DNA of 64,000 nucleotides, taken from Callorhinchus milii. Lineage: Eukaryota. The position numbers and the translations under genes are program-made. The stretch spans positions 79,796,001 to 79,860,000 of the forward strand of contig NW_024704742.1 in assembly GCF_018977255.1 (NCBI RefSeq). The letters are read 5' to 3'. A model generated the notes under the pieces. The model ran no database searches. It saw only the letters and a list, made by a program, of their open reading frames with translations, and was not told the DNA's origin. Positions 1 through 11,639 of this stretch are shown here, one piece after another. Every line of letters starts with the position of its first letter. Position 1 is the stretch's first letter.

Positions 1-990
1 GGATGGTAATGGAGGGGAGACCGGCGAGGAGGACATTTGAATAGTTCAGCCGAGAGTTGACAAAGTGGAGTCCTGTAGCTCAGTGGTTAGAGCACTCGTT
101 TGCAAGCGAGAGACCTGGGTTCAATTCCAGGCAGAGGGCGAAACCTTGGGCAAGTTTCCTTACTCCACACGCCTGATAATAATCCCTCCAAAACCAAAAA
201 CAATAATAAATTGGTCATCTTCAATCTACGACTGTTTGTGGGACATTGCTGTGCGCAATTGGCTGCTGCATTCGCCCACAAATATACAGTCAATTCACTT
301 TACAGTGTGTTCTGTGAAGCACTTTGGGACATCCTCCCGACATGAAAAGCGCTATATCAAAATGCAAGGATTATCAAAAAAAAATGCAAGGATTAAAGGC
401 ATGGACTAGGGTTTCAGTGGCGTAGATGGGCGATGCGTTGGAGGTGGAAGAAAATGGTGCTGGTGAGGGACCGGATGTGGAGGAGGAAGGATAATTGGGA
501 GTCGAACCTGACACCTAGGTTGCGTACGGGTTCAGAGAGTTTTAGGGGGAGGTCGGCTCGGTGGAGGAGGTGAGAACCATGTGATTTTAGACGTTGATGA
601 GAGCCAAAGAGTATGGCGTCCGTCTTGTCAATGTTCAGCTGAAGGAAATCCACGCTCATCCAGCTCCTGAGGTCTGACAGGCAGGCTGACAGAACATCAG
701 GGGACTGGGGGTCACAAAGTGAGGTGAAAAAATAGAGTTGGGTGTCATCCGCATACATGTGGAAGTGTACCCCATATCTGCGGATGACATCTCCAAGAGG
801 GAGCATGTAGATCAGAAAGAGTAGAGAGCCAAGGATGGATCCTTGGGGTACTCCGCAGGTAACCGGATGAGAGTGGGAGGAGAAGCCGTTTGTGCAGATG
901 TACTGCTGGCGGTTCGTGAGATAGGACTTGAACCAGGCGAGTGCAGTCCCACTGATGGAGGAAAGGCAGTGGAGGAGGATGACGTGATCA
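1..990 (-). mobile_element. L2-clade LINE fragment (RT domain), interrupted by a SINE at 67-394
   Basis: ORF 414..806 has HMYADDTQLY and FLQLNIDKT. Sequence either side of the SINE is collinear with the L2 copy near 56800-56850. Confidence 0.9.
67..394 (+). mobile_element. tRNA(Ala)-derived Deu-domain SINE, short variant
   Basis: A box TAGCTCAGTGG, B box GGTTCAATTCC, Deu-like GTGGGACATTGCTGTGCGCAATTGGCTGC, L2-like tail; AAAG on both sides. Confidence 0.9.
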
Positions 991-2934
991 ACTGAAAGGC
1001 GCTATACAAATGTAATTTGTTGTTGTTGTATTTTAGGTCCCTTTCTCAGTTGTAACATTCATGAAGTAGGAAGTGGCCTCATTGCTTGTGGATTATAGCT
1101 ATAGTAGATAGCCTTAGTTAGTAGGATTTTAGATACTCTGAGATATTCTCGCTAAGTGTGGGGAGAGAATATGCCTCCAGCACATTTGATCCGCTCAGTA
1201 CTAATTAACTGCATGAAAATTAATAACTGCATTTCCAACATGAACCAGGGGTGTTACAATGTAAATTACATAAGTGTATACCTCATAGATAAGATCAGTT
1301 TTAAGATCAGTTTTTAAGGTTTCCCCAATAAATATCTTTATTTGGTGAAAACCGATTGGTAAAAGCAGAATATAGAGAATATTCTTGGGGCCTTAAGTGC
1401 ATAACATGGCCCCAAAATATTTGCTTTTATTACTAGTGATCAAAAAGTGAAGGACTCTGTTTGGCATTGTGTGGTGGTATTCTCTGACAATCTTTAGCAT
1501 GAACAGAATATGTCAATTTTTATTTTTGGTCAGCTGGATGTCTGACACATGCGGAAATCTATCACCATGCTTAAGAGTATCAAACCAAACCAAACCCTGC
1601 ACTCCATCCAGAAAATATCATTCAGTGGCAGAATTTTGTTTTACAATTTTTCACCAAACCATTTTTCCCTCTATTTTTTGCCAATTTTGGCACGAAAAAT
1701 AATGTTTCACTCCACCAAACCTCCCTCCCCAAAAACAAATTATATACCCAGGATTTTATTTTATGGATAAAATAACATTATTACAGTAATCCTTAAATAT
1801 AGATCAGATTTACTGCTGGGTTATTTTTATTGTCATGGTTAGTATTTGGTTGAATACAACTTTTAGAATATTCTTTAAACTTACCTATAAATCCGATTAT
1901 GGTATCTTTTCCCATCCAATGACATTTCTACAGAAAGGCTTCCTGATCTCCTGGAATCTCCAATCCCAACTATGATGGCATCGATGAAATGTTCCTATTA
2001 AGAGAATGTGTAAAAACATATATTGTAATGACATTGAAATGGAAATTTGTTTGAGAGAAGCTTCTTTATTTGGAAACAGTGTGCGGAGGAGACACTGCTG
2101 AGTCATGTGCATTTGGAAGACTTGCTGGGTGAAATCTGTGCTTTCTTAAGGAGTGCCATCTTTATCTTTTGTGCTTGAGCTGGGCTGAGAAGGGCACAAA
2201 TCCTGGTCTGGTCCAGGGCCAGGAATTAGGAAGCCTAGTCCACTTGGTTGGACTGAAGTTGGTTAATGGTGAGAGCAATGGAGGAATTGCACGTGTCCTG
2301 ATCTGTAAAAGGGGTGGCAGGCACCAATTGCCAACCCAGGTGCATGCTTCTCCCCATGGTTATTGTGATGTGATCCTGCTTGTCTCCCCTAAGATTAAAC
2401 ATGTGACATAATGGAAGTCTCCATGTGTCTGTGTCTGCCTAGCTCAAGGGTCTATGCTACAATACACTCTACAGTAAAGTCCTCAAAGGACTTCAAGGTG
2501 TTTCAATGATGTGATGAGGCACTATATCAAATACAAGAACATCTTATTAGTAGCACTAGTAATGAAAACCATTGGGGTCAGTGTGGTTGTACAAACTTGT
2601 GCCAGGAATAATTGGTTCTTCAGAATCAGCAGGTTTGAGCAGACCATTTGGTGCTGCAAGTGTTGCTAAGCATGATAGACAATCGCAAGCCCAATGTAAC
2701 AGATTTGACCAAAAAATGTTGACTATGGACTGAAAATTCCTCTCAGTGTTGCCATTTTAAGGTAATTGCTTAGTCCTGCACTTCAGTGGAGTGTGAACAA
2801 GGTGAGTCACATTCTAGCTAGCAATCCACAACCTTGTATTGGGGCACCCATGAAAATTGTAACACCCTCCAAGCAGTGTAACACTTCCAATAAGATAGAT
2901 GAATCAGGCCTGTGATAGAACATCACAAAGGATA

Positions 2935-3338
2935 AATAATAATAATAATAATCCTTGCATTTGATATAGCACTTTTCACATCTTCTCGATGTCTCAAAGC
3001 GCTTCACAGAATAGACTGTAAAGTGAATTGACTGTATATAATAATAATAATCCTTGCATTTGATATAGCGCTTTTCACGTCGGGAGGACGTCCCAAAGCG
3101 CTTCACAGAACACACTGTAAAGTGAATTGACTGTATATTTGTGGGCGAACGTGCAGCCAATTGCTCACAGCAATGTCCCACAAACAGTCGTGGTTTGAAA
3201 TAACCAATTTATTTTTTGAGGGATTATTATCAGGCGTGTGGAGTAAGGAAACTTGCCCAAGATTTCACCCTGCCAGGAATCAAACCCTGGTCTCTCATTT
3301 GCAAAGCGAGTGCTCTAACCACTGAGCTACAGGACTCC
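2935..3338 (-). mobile_element. Same SINE family, full length, with two tandem 3' tails
   Basis: Reverse complement of the 67-394 element, plus a second tail at 2935-3040. Confidence 0.9.
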
Positions 3339-3408
3339 TGTATAACAAGTCCTAAAAAACGTATGGTGCAATGTTTAGCACCAAGAGATTTTAAAGTACT
3401 ATACTTAC

Positions 3409-3553
3409 CTGCAATAAGTCAATGTTAATGGATATATCTGGCTCAGCAATGCTTTTAGCTTCTCTCTGGAGATTTTGAGCTGATGTACTTTGCCACCAGG
3501 TCTCTTGGTTCCCGTCCACCATGGCAGTGGGTGGATGGGCCAGCTCAGGATTA
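3409..3553 (-). CDS. Exon 2 of the LN domain protein (SNPELAHPPTAMVDGNQETWWQS...INIDLLQ)
   Basis: 145 nt, aaatag / gtaagt, phase matches exon 1; hallmark LN motif HPP..xD...TWWQS. The gene continues beyond position 1. Confidence 0.88.
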
Positions 3554-3854
3554 CTATTTAAAGGATAAACATTAAGATTCATATTGTTTTCAGGTTTGAA
3601 AAGGACATAACAGCTGTAACCTAACGCAAGCAAACAAAATGGTTTAAGAATGAAAATATACAACAAAATATAGATTGTAAAGCAATTGTAATATCAATAT
3701 TTCTCAATTCATCTGTTTTGTTTGTCAACAGAATGTGTTGGTTTATAGTTTCAACATTTACTTGCAATGAAAAGAGTTTATTATCTCCCTTTACGGCAAT
3801 TTTGCACATCCTAACATGCTCACTGCTCACGATGCTGTTTTAAGGTGTGTGTTT

Positions 3855-4215
3855 TGCTCAGGTGGTTGGACTCTGCCTGAGAAGGTTGTGGGTTCGAGCT
3901 CCCTGTCAGGACTTGAGCTCATAGACTGAGCTGACAGTCCAGTACAGTGCTGGGGGAGTACGTTGTTGGAGCTGCTATCCATTAAAGGAAACATTGTGCC
4001 ATTGTACCCAAACACTTTGCAAAGGAAACCAAGTCTCTCGTTGTGTCTTTGTCAAGATCTTCTAAATGAATTGTTATTCACTTTATGGATATTTGGACCT
4101 TTCTGTATGCAACACGACTGATATTTTTGACAACAAGTCCAGTCACTTGTCATTGCATTTCAGTTGTGAAGTGTTTTTGTTTGTTTCGGCATGACAATGC
4201 ACTATAAACGTACAA
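3855..4215 (+). mobile_element. Older degenerate DeuSINE (SacSINE1-like)
   Basis: GAAGGTTGTGGGTTCGAGCTCC B-box region, GACTTGAGC..GCTGACAGTCCAGTACAGT body, eroded tail. Confidence 0.6.
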
Positions 4216-4986
4216 ATGTTTTCTTTTTTCTTAATATTTTCCAACCGTCAGTATCCTACCCCAAAAGATATTTAGCAATTTTATAAAATAAACGTTCTGA
4301 AAAATGCCTGAAAAATGCATTGGCAATGACTTGAGTTATAGGAAATACATGTAAAATAGATCAGAATCCATTCAACAACAACAAAATTACATTTGTATAG
4401 CGCCTTTCACGTGGGGAGGATGTTATTATTCATGTTATTATTCAATCAATAACATTCATTCCGTTCATAGGTAGTAAATATTTAACCAATGGAGTGGAAA
4501 TGGGCTTCACTTCAAGTTTAATTCCACCAAAATTCTTTGTCAAACTGTATCCTCTGAGTGATGGGGAGACAGTGCAGTCAGGCGAGGATGGGGGTGATAG
4601 GATCAGACGAGTACAGAAGCCCACTGTGCCATTCAGGCCCAACGCAATCATTTTTATCTTACTACATAAATGCAAGGTAGTGACAGCACAACGGTACATT
4701 GACAGTAAACATCTCTTTACAATCTCGAGCCAATGGAGCAATTAATTTCGTACACACGTCATTTCAATTGCACACCCGATCACTGCAACAAAGAAGAAGC
4801 ATCTCCTTCTGTCCCCATTTCATTGAGGGCAGACACTCCCTCTTCCACCAAACAAAGAACATTGTTTTCCTGATCCCATTGTTCAACCACAATCCAAAAA
4901 TGAGTTCAGAAATGAACCATGGACGTATCATTTTCAGGTCAATGAGACGCCTGGCTCAGTTTGCTAAAATGCAGGGCTTATTATAC

Positions 4987-5195
4987 CTGTTGTCGCAAGT
5001 TTGAAGTTCCCTCTGTCCTGCTCTCAGGTAGAACTGGTAGTGTGAGTAGAAATATTCCGGATCAAGACCTTCCCCACACATGCTCGAGGCGGTCACTGGT
5101 TTGTTTAGTGCCACATTCACCGGACTCGATGTAACTTTAATGCAGGATCCTTTCAGGATAAAGCAGTACAGAGCCACAGTTACTACAGCCAGCAT
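4987..5195 (-). CDS. Exon 1 of a secreted laminin N-terminal (LN) domain protein (signal peptide + start of LN)
   Basis: MLAVVTVALYCFILKGSC hydrophobic leader, then NVALNKPVTASSMCG...EYF...TCDN; donor AG/gtataa, phase 2. Confidence 0.85.
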
Positions 5196-5454
5196 TTTAT
5201 CTTCCAGTATTTTAATAGCAAAGCAAGCAGTCAGATATGGTCATAATAAAATCTGTTCAAATTTATTTTCCTTCAGGCCAGCGGTGTCAGACAGACAGGC
5301 AATGACTGAACGCTGATTTGAGGGATAATCCTGACAGGCTGTTAAATTGGATTTGGCAGCTTTAAACAGGTGGGCAGTAGGTCTTATCCAGATGGCTTGT
5401 GGTTACTTCAACTCAGCGCAATAATGTAACAGCTCTGCAATTAATATATTCCCT

Positions 5455-5660
5455 GCATTTGTTTTCTTTGCAGTTGATATAGTGCTTTATCATGTCTTCA
5501 AGACATCTCCAAGATCTTCACAAAATACACTGTAAAGTGAATTGACTGTGTTTTGGTGGGCAAAATGCAGCAGCCAATTGCGCAGAGCAGTGTCCCACAA
5601 ACAGTCAATCACCAAATTATTATTATTTTATTTACTATTTTTTGAAGGGATTATTACCCC
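5455..5660 (-). mobile_element. 5'-truncated SINE copy
   Basis: Matches the 3' half of the SINE family. Confidence 0.8.
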
Positions 5661-6144
5661 CAGAAATTAAGAAACACAATATGAACTTTTAGGGTATGAT
5701 ATGCAGGTTGTCAATGTTACACCTTTGTAAAATTAAAACCTGTAAAAATTCAAACTCTGTACTTGTGGATTAAATTTTTTGTTTGACATACCACTCCTGT
5801 CCGACCCTCCCCCGCACCCCCCACCCATGTTAATAAGTTCACATTTGGGGTACATTTATTTCAACATATATCCTTTCCAAAATTGAATTGATTTGAATGA
5901 TGCTGACCAAAAATATGGCAAAATATAAAATTTTAAGAGGGTATTGTAGGAAGGGGGAGAAGTTTCAAAGTCACGGGCCTTTGGGAAAAAATTAAACAAA
6001 GCAGGGAATAAAACTTGGCCAATGTTGACAGGAAGAAAATACTCATCGAAGGTGGTTCACAACTATAAAGACTAACATCATACCCTAGCAACACAAACCA
6101 ATAGTTCACTAAACCTATTTGCACTGTAAATTCATCTTTTAGGT

Positions 6145-6349
6145 TAGGGTGGTCCAACTGATGGCCCATGGGCTGATTTCATCCGCGCCCCTCCCCCTCA
6201 CTCCAGTTCATCAGGCCCACCCACTTCTTTCATAACCTGTAAATGTTATGTTTCTGGAAGGGAAACACAAAAATATTGCTAATGCTGCCCACAGACGTTT
6301 CTCAAATAGGTTATCCGGCTCTCATCAGCCAAAAGTTTGGACCATCCTG
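6145..6349. mobile_element. hAT-superfamily (Charlie-like) MITE
   Basis: TIRs TAGGGTGGTCCAAC / GTTTGGACCATCCTG; perfect 8-bp TSD TTTTAGGT at 6137-6144 and 6350-6357. Confidence 0.88.
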
Positions 6350-6966
6350 TTTTAGGTAACAAAAAAGAAACTTCTGCTTCTGTCCTACTATTTGCTATTT
6401 TGTATCTCAAATTTTCTCCATTTCAGGACTGTGCATTTTCTTTTCATTTTTGAAATTCTAACATGCACTGGAAGAGATTGCACAACCCCGTCCAAAGTGT
6501 GGAACACAAAAATTCGTTAAACAGCATCTAGGGTCTGCTATTCCTCTCTAACAAGCAGTGAAATAACACTGGAGATTGTTGCAGCACTCACCATATGAGC
6601 CAGTGTAACAAGCCCATTTGCCACTTCCTGCTATTAGACCCAAAAATATTTTTATGAAGTATTGCCAAAAACATCCATACTCCTGAGCTCCACCAGTACA
6701 GACTTGGGCGGAGGCTGCAACTTGGTTCAAGGACCTCACCAGGTCGAAATGACATTGATAAACCACAAAAGCTTCCCTCTCCCGATCAGACAACAGCTCC
6801 ACATTTTGAAGAGCCTTATAGCTCCTGCACGTAACTTTTTGTCCTGCAAGCAACGTGTTCCAATCACTGCGTTAGCTTCAGGATGTAACAAAAGAATTGT
6901 AAATGAGTTGCACAAAAGATTTCTGTATAACACTGTATGTGCTTTAGGAACAGGAATAAAATACTG

Positions 6967-6980
6967 CTGCCCTCCAGTGG
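6967..6980 (-). promoter_or_regulatory. CTCF-like motif
   Basis: CCACTGGAGGGCAG on the minus strand, near the core CCACYAGRKGGCRS; motif match only. Confidence 0.35.
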
Positions 6981-7004
6981 GCACAGTGCAAATGTGCAAA
7001 TGCA

Positions 7005-7140
7005 CAATACAATTTGCATTCATGTAGCGCAGTTCACACGAGAAGGACATGGCTCGGGTGGGGTGGGTGCTGGGGGGAATAGGGAGCTGAAGAGGGTGAG
7101 GAGGAGAACGATAACCGAAAGTGTGATCAAAGAGATACTA
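7005..7140 (-). mobile_element. L2 3' end fragment
   Basis: YLFDHTF-like ORF end plus the family tail. Confidence 0.6.
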
Positions 7141-7144
7141 CGTG

Positions 7145-9763
7145 AATACTTGACGGCAATGGCGTCCAGATCCAACATGGGTACTAAGGCCCACCTACCC
7201 GAGCAGCAGGGAGCCAACGTGGGATTCACCTCCTCGGCAATCGCGGCCATCGTTGACTCTCCTGGTCAACATCCAACCGGAGACCGGCTGCCGCTGTGAC
7301 GTTACATCCTCCCGCCACCTTTGAATCTCTCAGCCTGGACACACTGGGTTTATAACATTGTCCCCCTCCCCACATGATGACCCTCACCTGTGGGCTAACC
7401 ATGCCTCACTGACCTCACCCCCTGCCGTTCACTCTTAGTCTCGTGCACATTTTGGCTGCTGCCACTAACCCAAGCTGCTTCCCCAAAATGCTCCCACCTC
7501 TGTCCTCTACCCACCATTACTCCCGCTTGGTCCTCCTCTCCCATCGACCTCCCCGACTCCTATCCCCGCTCGACTGTCCCACAGTCTCCCTCTGCTCCAG
7601 CCTGCGAATCCTCCCTCGGGCCCACCATGGCAGACACCGCTGGCTGTCTAACAGGAGCCACTCTGACTGCCCTGTCCCCCATTCTCGCCGCAAGGCTCAC
7701 CAGTCCCTGATCCCCGGGGCCAACCTCTCCTCCCTGATCCACATCCCCACCCCCCCCTGTCAGTCCTCCCCCTTGCCCCCCTCGCCCCCTACATTCCAAC
7801 AAAAACAAAAACTGTTCCCTCCACATCCGCCTATAAAATGTCTGTTCCCTCTCCAACAAAACACTCACCATCCAAGATCTCATTGTCGAAGCGTACATCG
7901 ACATTCTGGCCCTCACTGAAACCTGATTCACTCTGGGTAAAACCTTCCCCCTGACAGAGGCCACACCACCCGGTTATATCTTCCATCATACCCTTCGGCC
8001 TAACTACCGTGGTGGCAGGGAGGCTCTCATCTCCCGGTCCCTGCTCGGCTTATCCTCTTACTCCTCTGAAACCTTCCCCTGTTTGAGCACCTTACCCTTT
8101 ATCACCCCACCAACCTTTCCCTCAAAGTCCTCATTAACTATCATCCCCCAAAGCTCCCCTCACCTTCATCCCCAACATCTCCACTCTCCTATTTTCCCTC
8201 TCCCTCTGCTCCAAACGCCTCCTCATTCTAGACAACTTCAACCTTCACTTCACCCCCTCCTGCTCTATCTCTGCTGACTTCTCTTCCCTTACCTCTTCCT
8301 TCAACCTCTCCCTCCACATCCACTCCACCACCCACATACGCGGTCACCCACTTGTCCTGGTGATCTCTTGGGGCCTCACCATCATGGACCTCACCATCAT
8401 CGACAAAGCGATCTCAGACCATCACTTCATCTCCCTCGTCATTCAGAACTCTGCAGCTCGTGTACTGTCCCGCACCAGGCTTCGGGACCACATCACTCCT
8501 ACCCTCGCTCGCCTCCACTGGCTCCCCATCCCCCAGAGGATTGATTTCAAGATCCTCATCCTCACCTACAAGGCCATTCATGGCCTTGCTCCCTCTACCT
8601 CTCCAACCTACTATCCCCTACCTACCTGCCCGTACCCTCCGTTCCTCTGGCTCCGGTCTGCTCCACGTCCCCGCCCCAACCGCCCTACTATCGGTGGTCG
8701 GGCCTTCAGCCTCTCAGCCCCGAGGCTCTGGAACTCCATCCCCCAGTGCCTTCGCCGCTTCCTCCCTTTCCTCCTTCAAGGCCGGTCTCAAAACCTTTCT
8801 CTTTGACCGTGCCTTCAGCTCCCCTCTCGACTCTCTTCCTCCTCCTCACTCACTCCCTTCCCTCCCTCTCACCCTGACCATTTCCCCCCTCCTCTCTCCT
8901 CCCTTCCCTCCCCTCACCCTGACCATTTCCCCCCTGCTCGGGTCATGACCCAACTGTGCAGCGCCTTGGGACGTCCTCCTGACGTGAAAGGCGCTCTATA
9001 AATGGAATCTTGTTGTTGTTGTTGTTAACTCCTCAATCCCTCTCCCCACCCCCATCCAACCCACCTCCATCTCCTACCGCTCCTGGAAAAAAATATCCCC
9101 CCCGCACCCCCACTCTCTCAGCTGCCTTGGAGTCAACTGAACACCTTCCCCTCTGGCCTTCCTCCCGCAATGACCTATCCTCCTCGGTCACTCTTCTCCA
9201 CAGCTCCCTCTCCTCCACTCTCGATTCCTTTGCTCCCCTGTCTTCTTGAACCATCTTCTATTCACGTAAGATCCTGGTACATCAGCCACCTCCGCTCCCT
9301 TAAAACATAGATGCCTGCCGCTGAAGGCACCTGGCTTAAATCGAACTTAATAGTCCATCGGCAGATCTGGCTGGACCTTATTAAACCCTACCGCTCCGCC
9401 CTTGTCTCTGATAAATTGTCGTTCTACTCCAGACAATCTTGGAGGCCAAGGACAACCCCAGGCTCCTCTTCTCCATCACCAACTGGCTACTCCACCCACC
9501 TTCTCATGTCTTGCCCATCGTCATCTCCAATGCCAACTGTGAGGCGCTGCTGGACTTCCTCGAATCTAAAGTCAAGGGAATCTGCTCAGCTGCCTCTGCC
9601 CTTCCATCTACTATGCCCTCCCCATCTGCCCCTCCCACCCCACCCCCTACCCATCTCTCCCTCCACACCTACAAACCTGTCTCCCATCCCTGACTGTCCA
9701 GCGCCTTGGGACGTCCTCCCGACATGAAAGGCGCTATACAATTATAATTTTGTTGTTTTTGTT
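7145..9763 (+). mobile_element. L2-clade element: CpG-rich 5' region, degraded APE endonuclease, linker and 3' tail, lacking RT
   Basis: Degraded IDILALTET, PPGY..H..R..RGG and ISDHHFI motifs; tail GCGCCTTGGGACGTCCTCCCGAC...(TTG)n at about 9700-9763. Confidence 0.8.
8438..9026 (+). mobile_element. 5'-truncated L2 nested within the previous element
   Basis: VIQNSAARVL..HITPTLARLHWLP ORF2 C-terminus, 3' UTR and (TTG)n tail; host sequence resumes at 9027. Confidence 0.85.
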
Positions 9764-10777
9764 AAATTCATTCCAAAAGACTTACCCTATTGGAAAAAGT
9801 AATTCAGGATAATATTATGGCTCTGCTTGGCTTAACAGGGGAATGATAAAAGTACTGATTGGAAGATACAGGAGGCATTTGTCTTAACTGTTCACTTGTA
9901 TCAGTATCTGGGTGTTGTGGTGGACACTAAACACTAACGTTTGGTTAAATGCAGTTCTTTGGGACTGCGTTGAGAAAAGACAAAGTGCACTCTGCCTTTT
10001 TAATCTCTTTTTGAAGTTCCCAATGCAGGTTAAGTTTATGGTGTATAAAATGTGTGTCCAGTAATTTTCCCTTGTGGTGTCGAGCTTCTCGCCAAACAAT
10101 GGTGTGCTTTCCTTTAGTCTATTTGTGAAATCCAGGCTCAAGCAGTAAGGAGGATTTATAGCAAATATGGGAAGCAGCTGCAGGTAGAGTGGGCTCCTAC
10201 CTACGCTGCCTTGTTGCTGAGCACCGTGGAGGCCCCTCGCATGAGGACCTGGGTTAAACAGCTGTTGCTGAGTAAGCCTGGTATGCAGCATTGGACTTCA
10301 ACCTCGAGATCATCAAGGTGGCTAGCATGTCACAAGCTGGTCTGTAAAGGTCCTCCCACCACCCTGAAGGCAGATGTCTGTTGAATAGCTGCTAAAGAAT
10401 GGTGGAATGTAGCTTCACCCCATTGCTACATAGAATTGTAATAACATGCATATTTATAGTGCGCGTCACACAGGATAGCATTTTGAGTGCTGCATCGTGG
10501 TAGGTTTAGACATTGAGCAGGACTCACATAAGTGAAAGAGAACGGAAACAAGCCATTCAGCTCAACCAGTCCATTCCACACAAACCTCTCACCGTCCTGG
10601 TCTCCTCACCTATATCCCTCTATTCCTTCTCCCTTATGTATGCATCAAGTTTTCTCTGAAATACATTTGTTACATTTGTTTCTTGTTCCTCCTGTTGGAA
10701 AAAGGCAGAGGCCCCAGGCAAAAGGCTTTCAGGTGAAAAGCAGAAGTGAGAGTTATGTTGAAAAGAGGGTAATGATG

Positions 10778-11145
10778 ATAATAATAATAATAATCCTTAC
10801 ATTTGGCATAGCGCCTTTCACATAAAAAGGACATCCCAAAACACTTTACAGGATACATTGTATTATGTAATGCTGTTTGATCTTGTGGACAAACACAGCA
10901 GCTAACACAGCAACATCCCACAAATAGCCAAGGAGTGAATGATCAATTTTATCTGGGGGATTGTTGGCTAGGACAGGGAGAGAGAAACTCCTTTCTCTTT
11001 TCGAACAGTGCCACAGGATCTTTAAATTCCACATGAACAGCAGATGGGGTATCGGTTTAACATCTCATTCAAGACTGTGAACTTAAAGTCCCCTGCGTGG
11101 GGCTTATCTGACTGAGAGGCGAGAGTGCGAGTACCTGAGCTGGGC
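10778..11145 (-). mobile_element. Older DeuSINE (SacSINE1-like) with extended Deu domain
   Basis: Minus strand GAGATGTTAAACCGA..CATCTGC..GTGGAATTTAAAGATCCTGTGGCACTGTTCGAAAAGAG and (TTA)n tail. Confidence 0.7.
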
Positions 11146-11639
11146 TGATGTGCAAGTTTGCCTGCTGAGTTGGCAGGATAGCATTTAAAGCACTCGAAGA
11201 CTCAGGAGAAAGTTAAAAGCTCCATTCTGTTGATTCTCTTAGTTTGCAGTTTGTAGTGTTCTCAACGCCAATCAGAATCAGCTCCCCACGTCCACAGTTC
11301 TAGCTGAAAAAAACACTTTAAAATCACAAGGTCAGGTTTTGCACGTCAACAAATGGAGCATATTATCAATCTGAACAACTGTTACAGTACTGCTACATTC
11401 CCCTTCATTCAATTCTACACAGATGAGCAATGACAGCTTTAACTTCTCCAGTACAATGTCATCCAGATATTGCAGAAGGTGTCAACTTTCATTAAAATGG
11501 TTATTTTACAAAAAAAATGGTTTGTCAAACACAGTACAGAATTATTATGTTTAGCCGTCTCATTGCAACACAAACTACCTTTATAAGCACTTCAATGTTA
11601 CATTCTTGCAAAAAAAATCATGATGCCAGGTACACCAAC

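Noticed and set aside
67..140. tRNA-Ala-like gene
   Set aside because: It is the head of a SINE, continuous with the SINE body and tail and repeated in divergent copies; no proper acceptor stem.
1885..2303. Third exon of the LN gene (donor at 1884; acceptors near 1927 and 2303)
   Set aside because: Translations lack the expected LN continuation (F..PRP...LERS) or hit a stop.
7012..7019. Octamer motif ATTTGCAT
   Set aside because: Part of an L2 3' tail present in many copies.
6548..7050. Overlapping ~100-120 aa ORFs
   Set aside because: No recognisable domain; possibly a non-coding 5' exon but unsupported.
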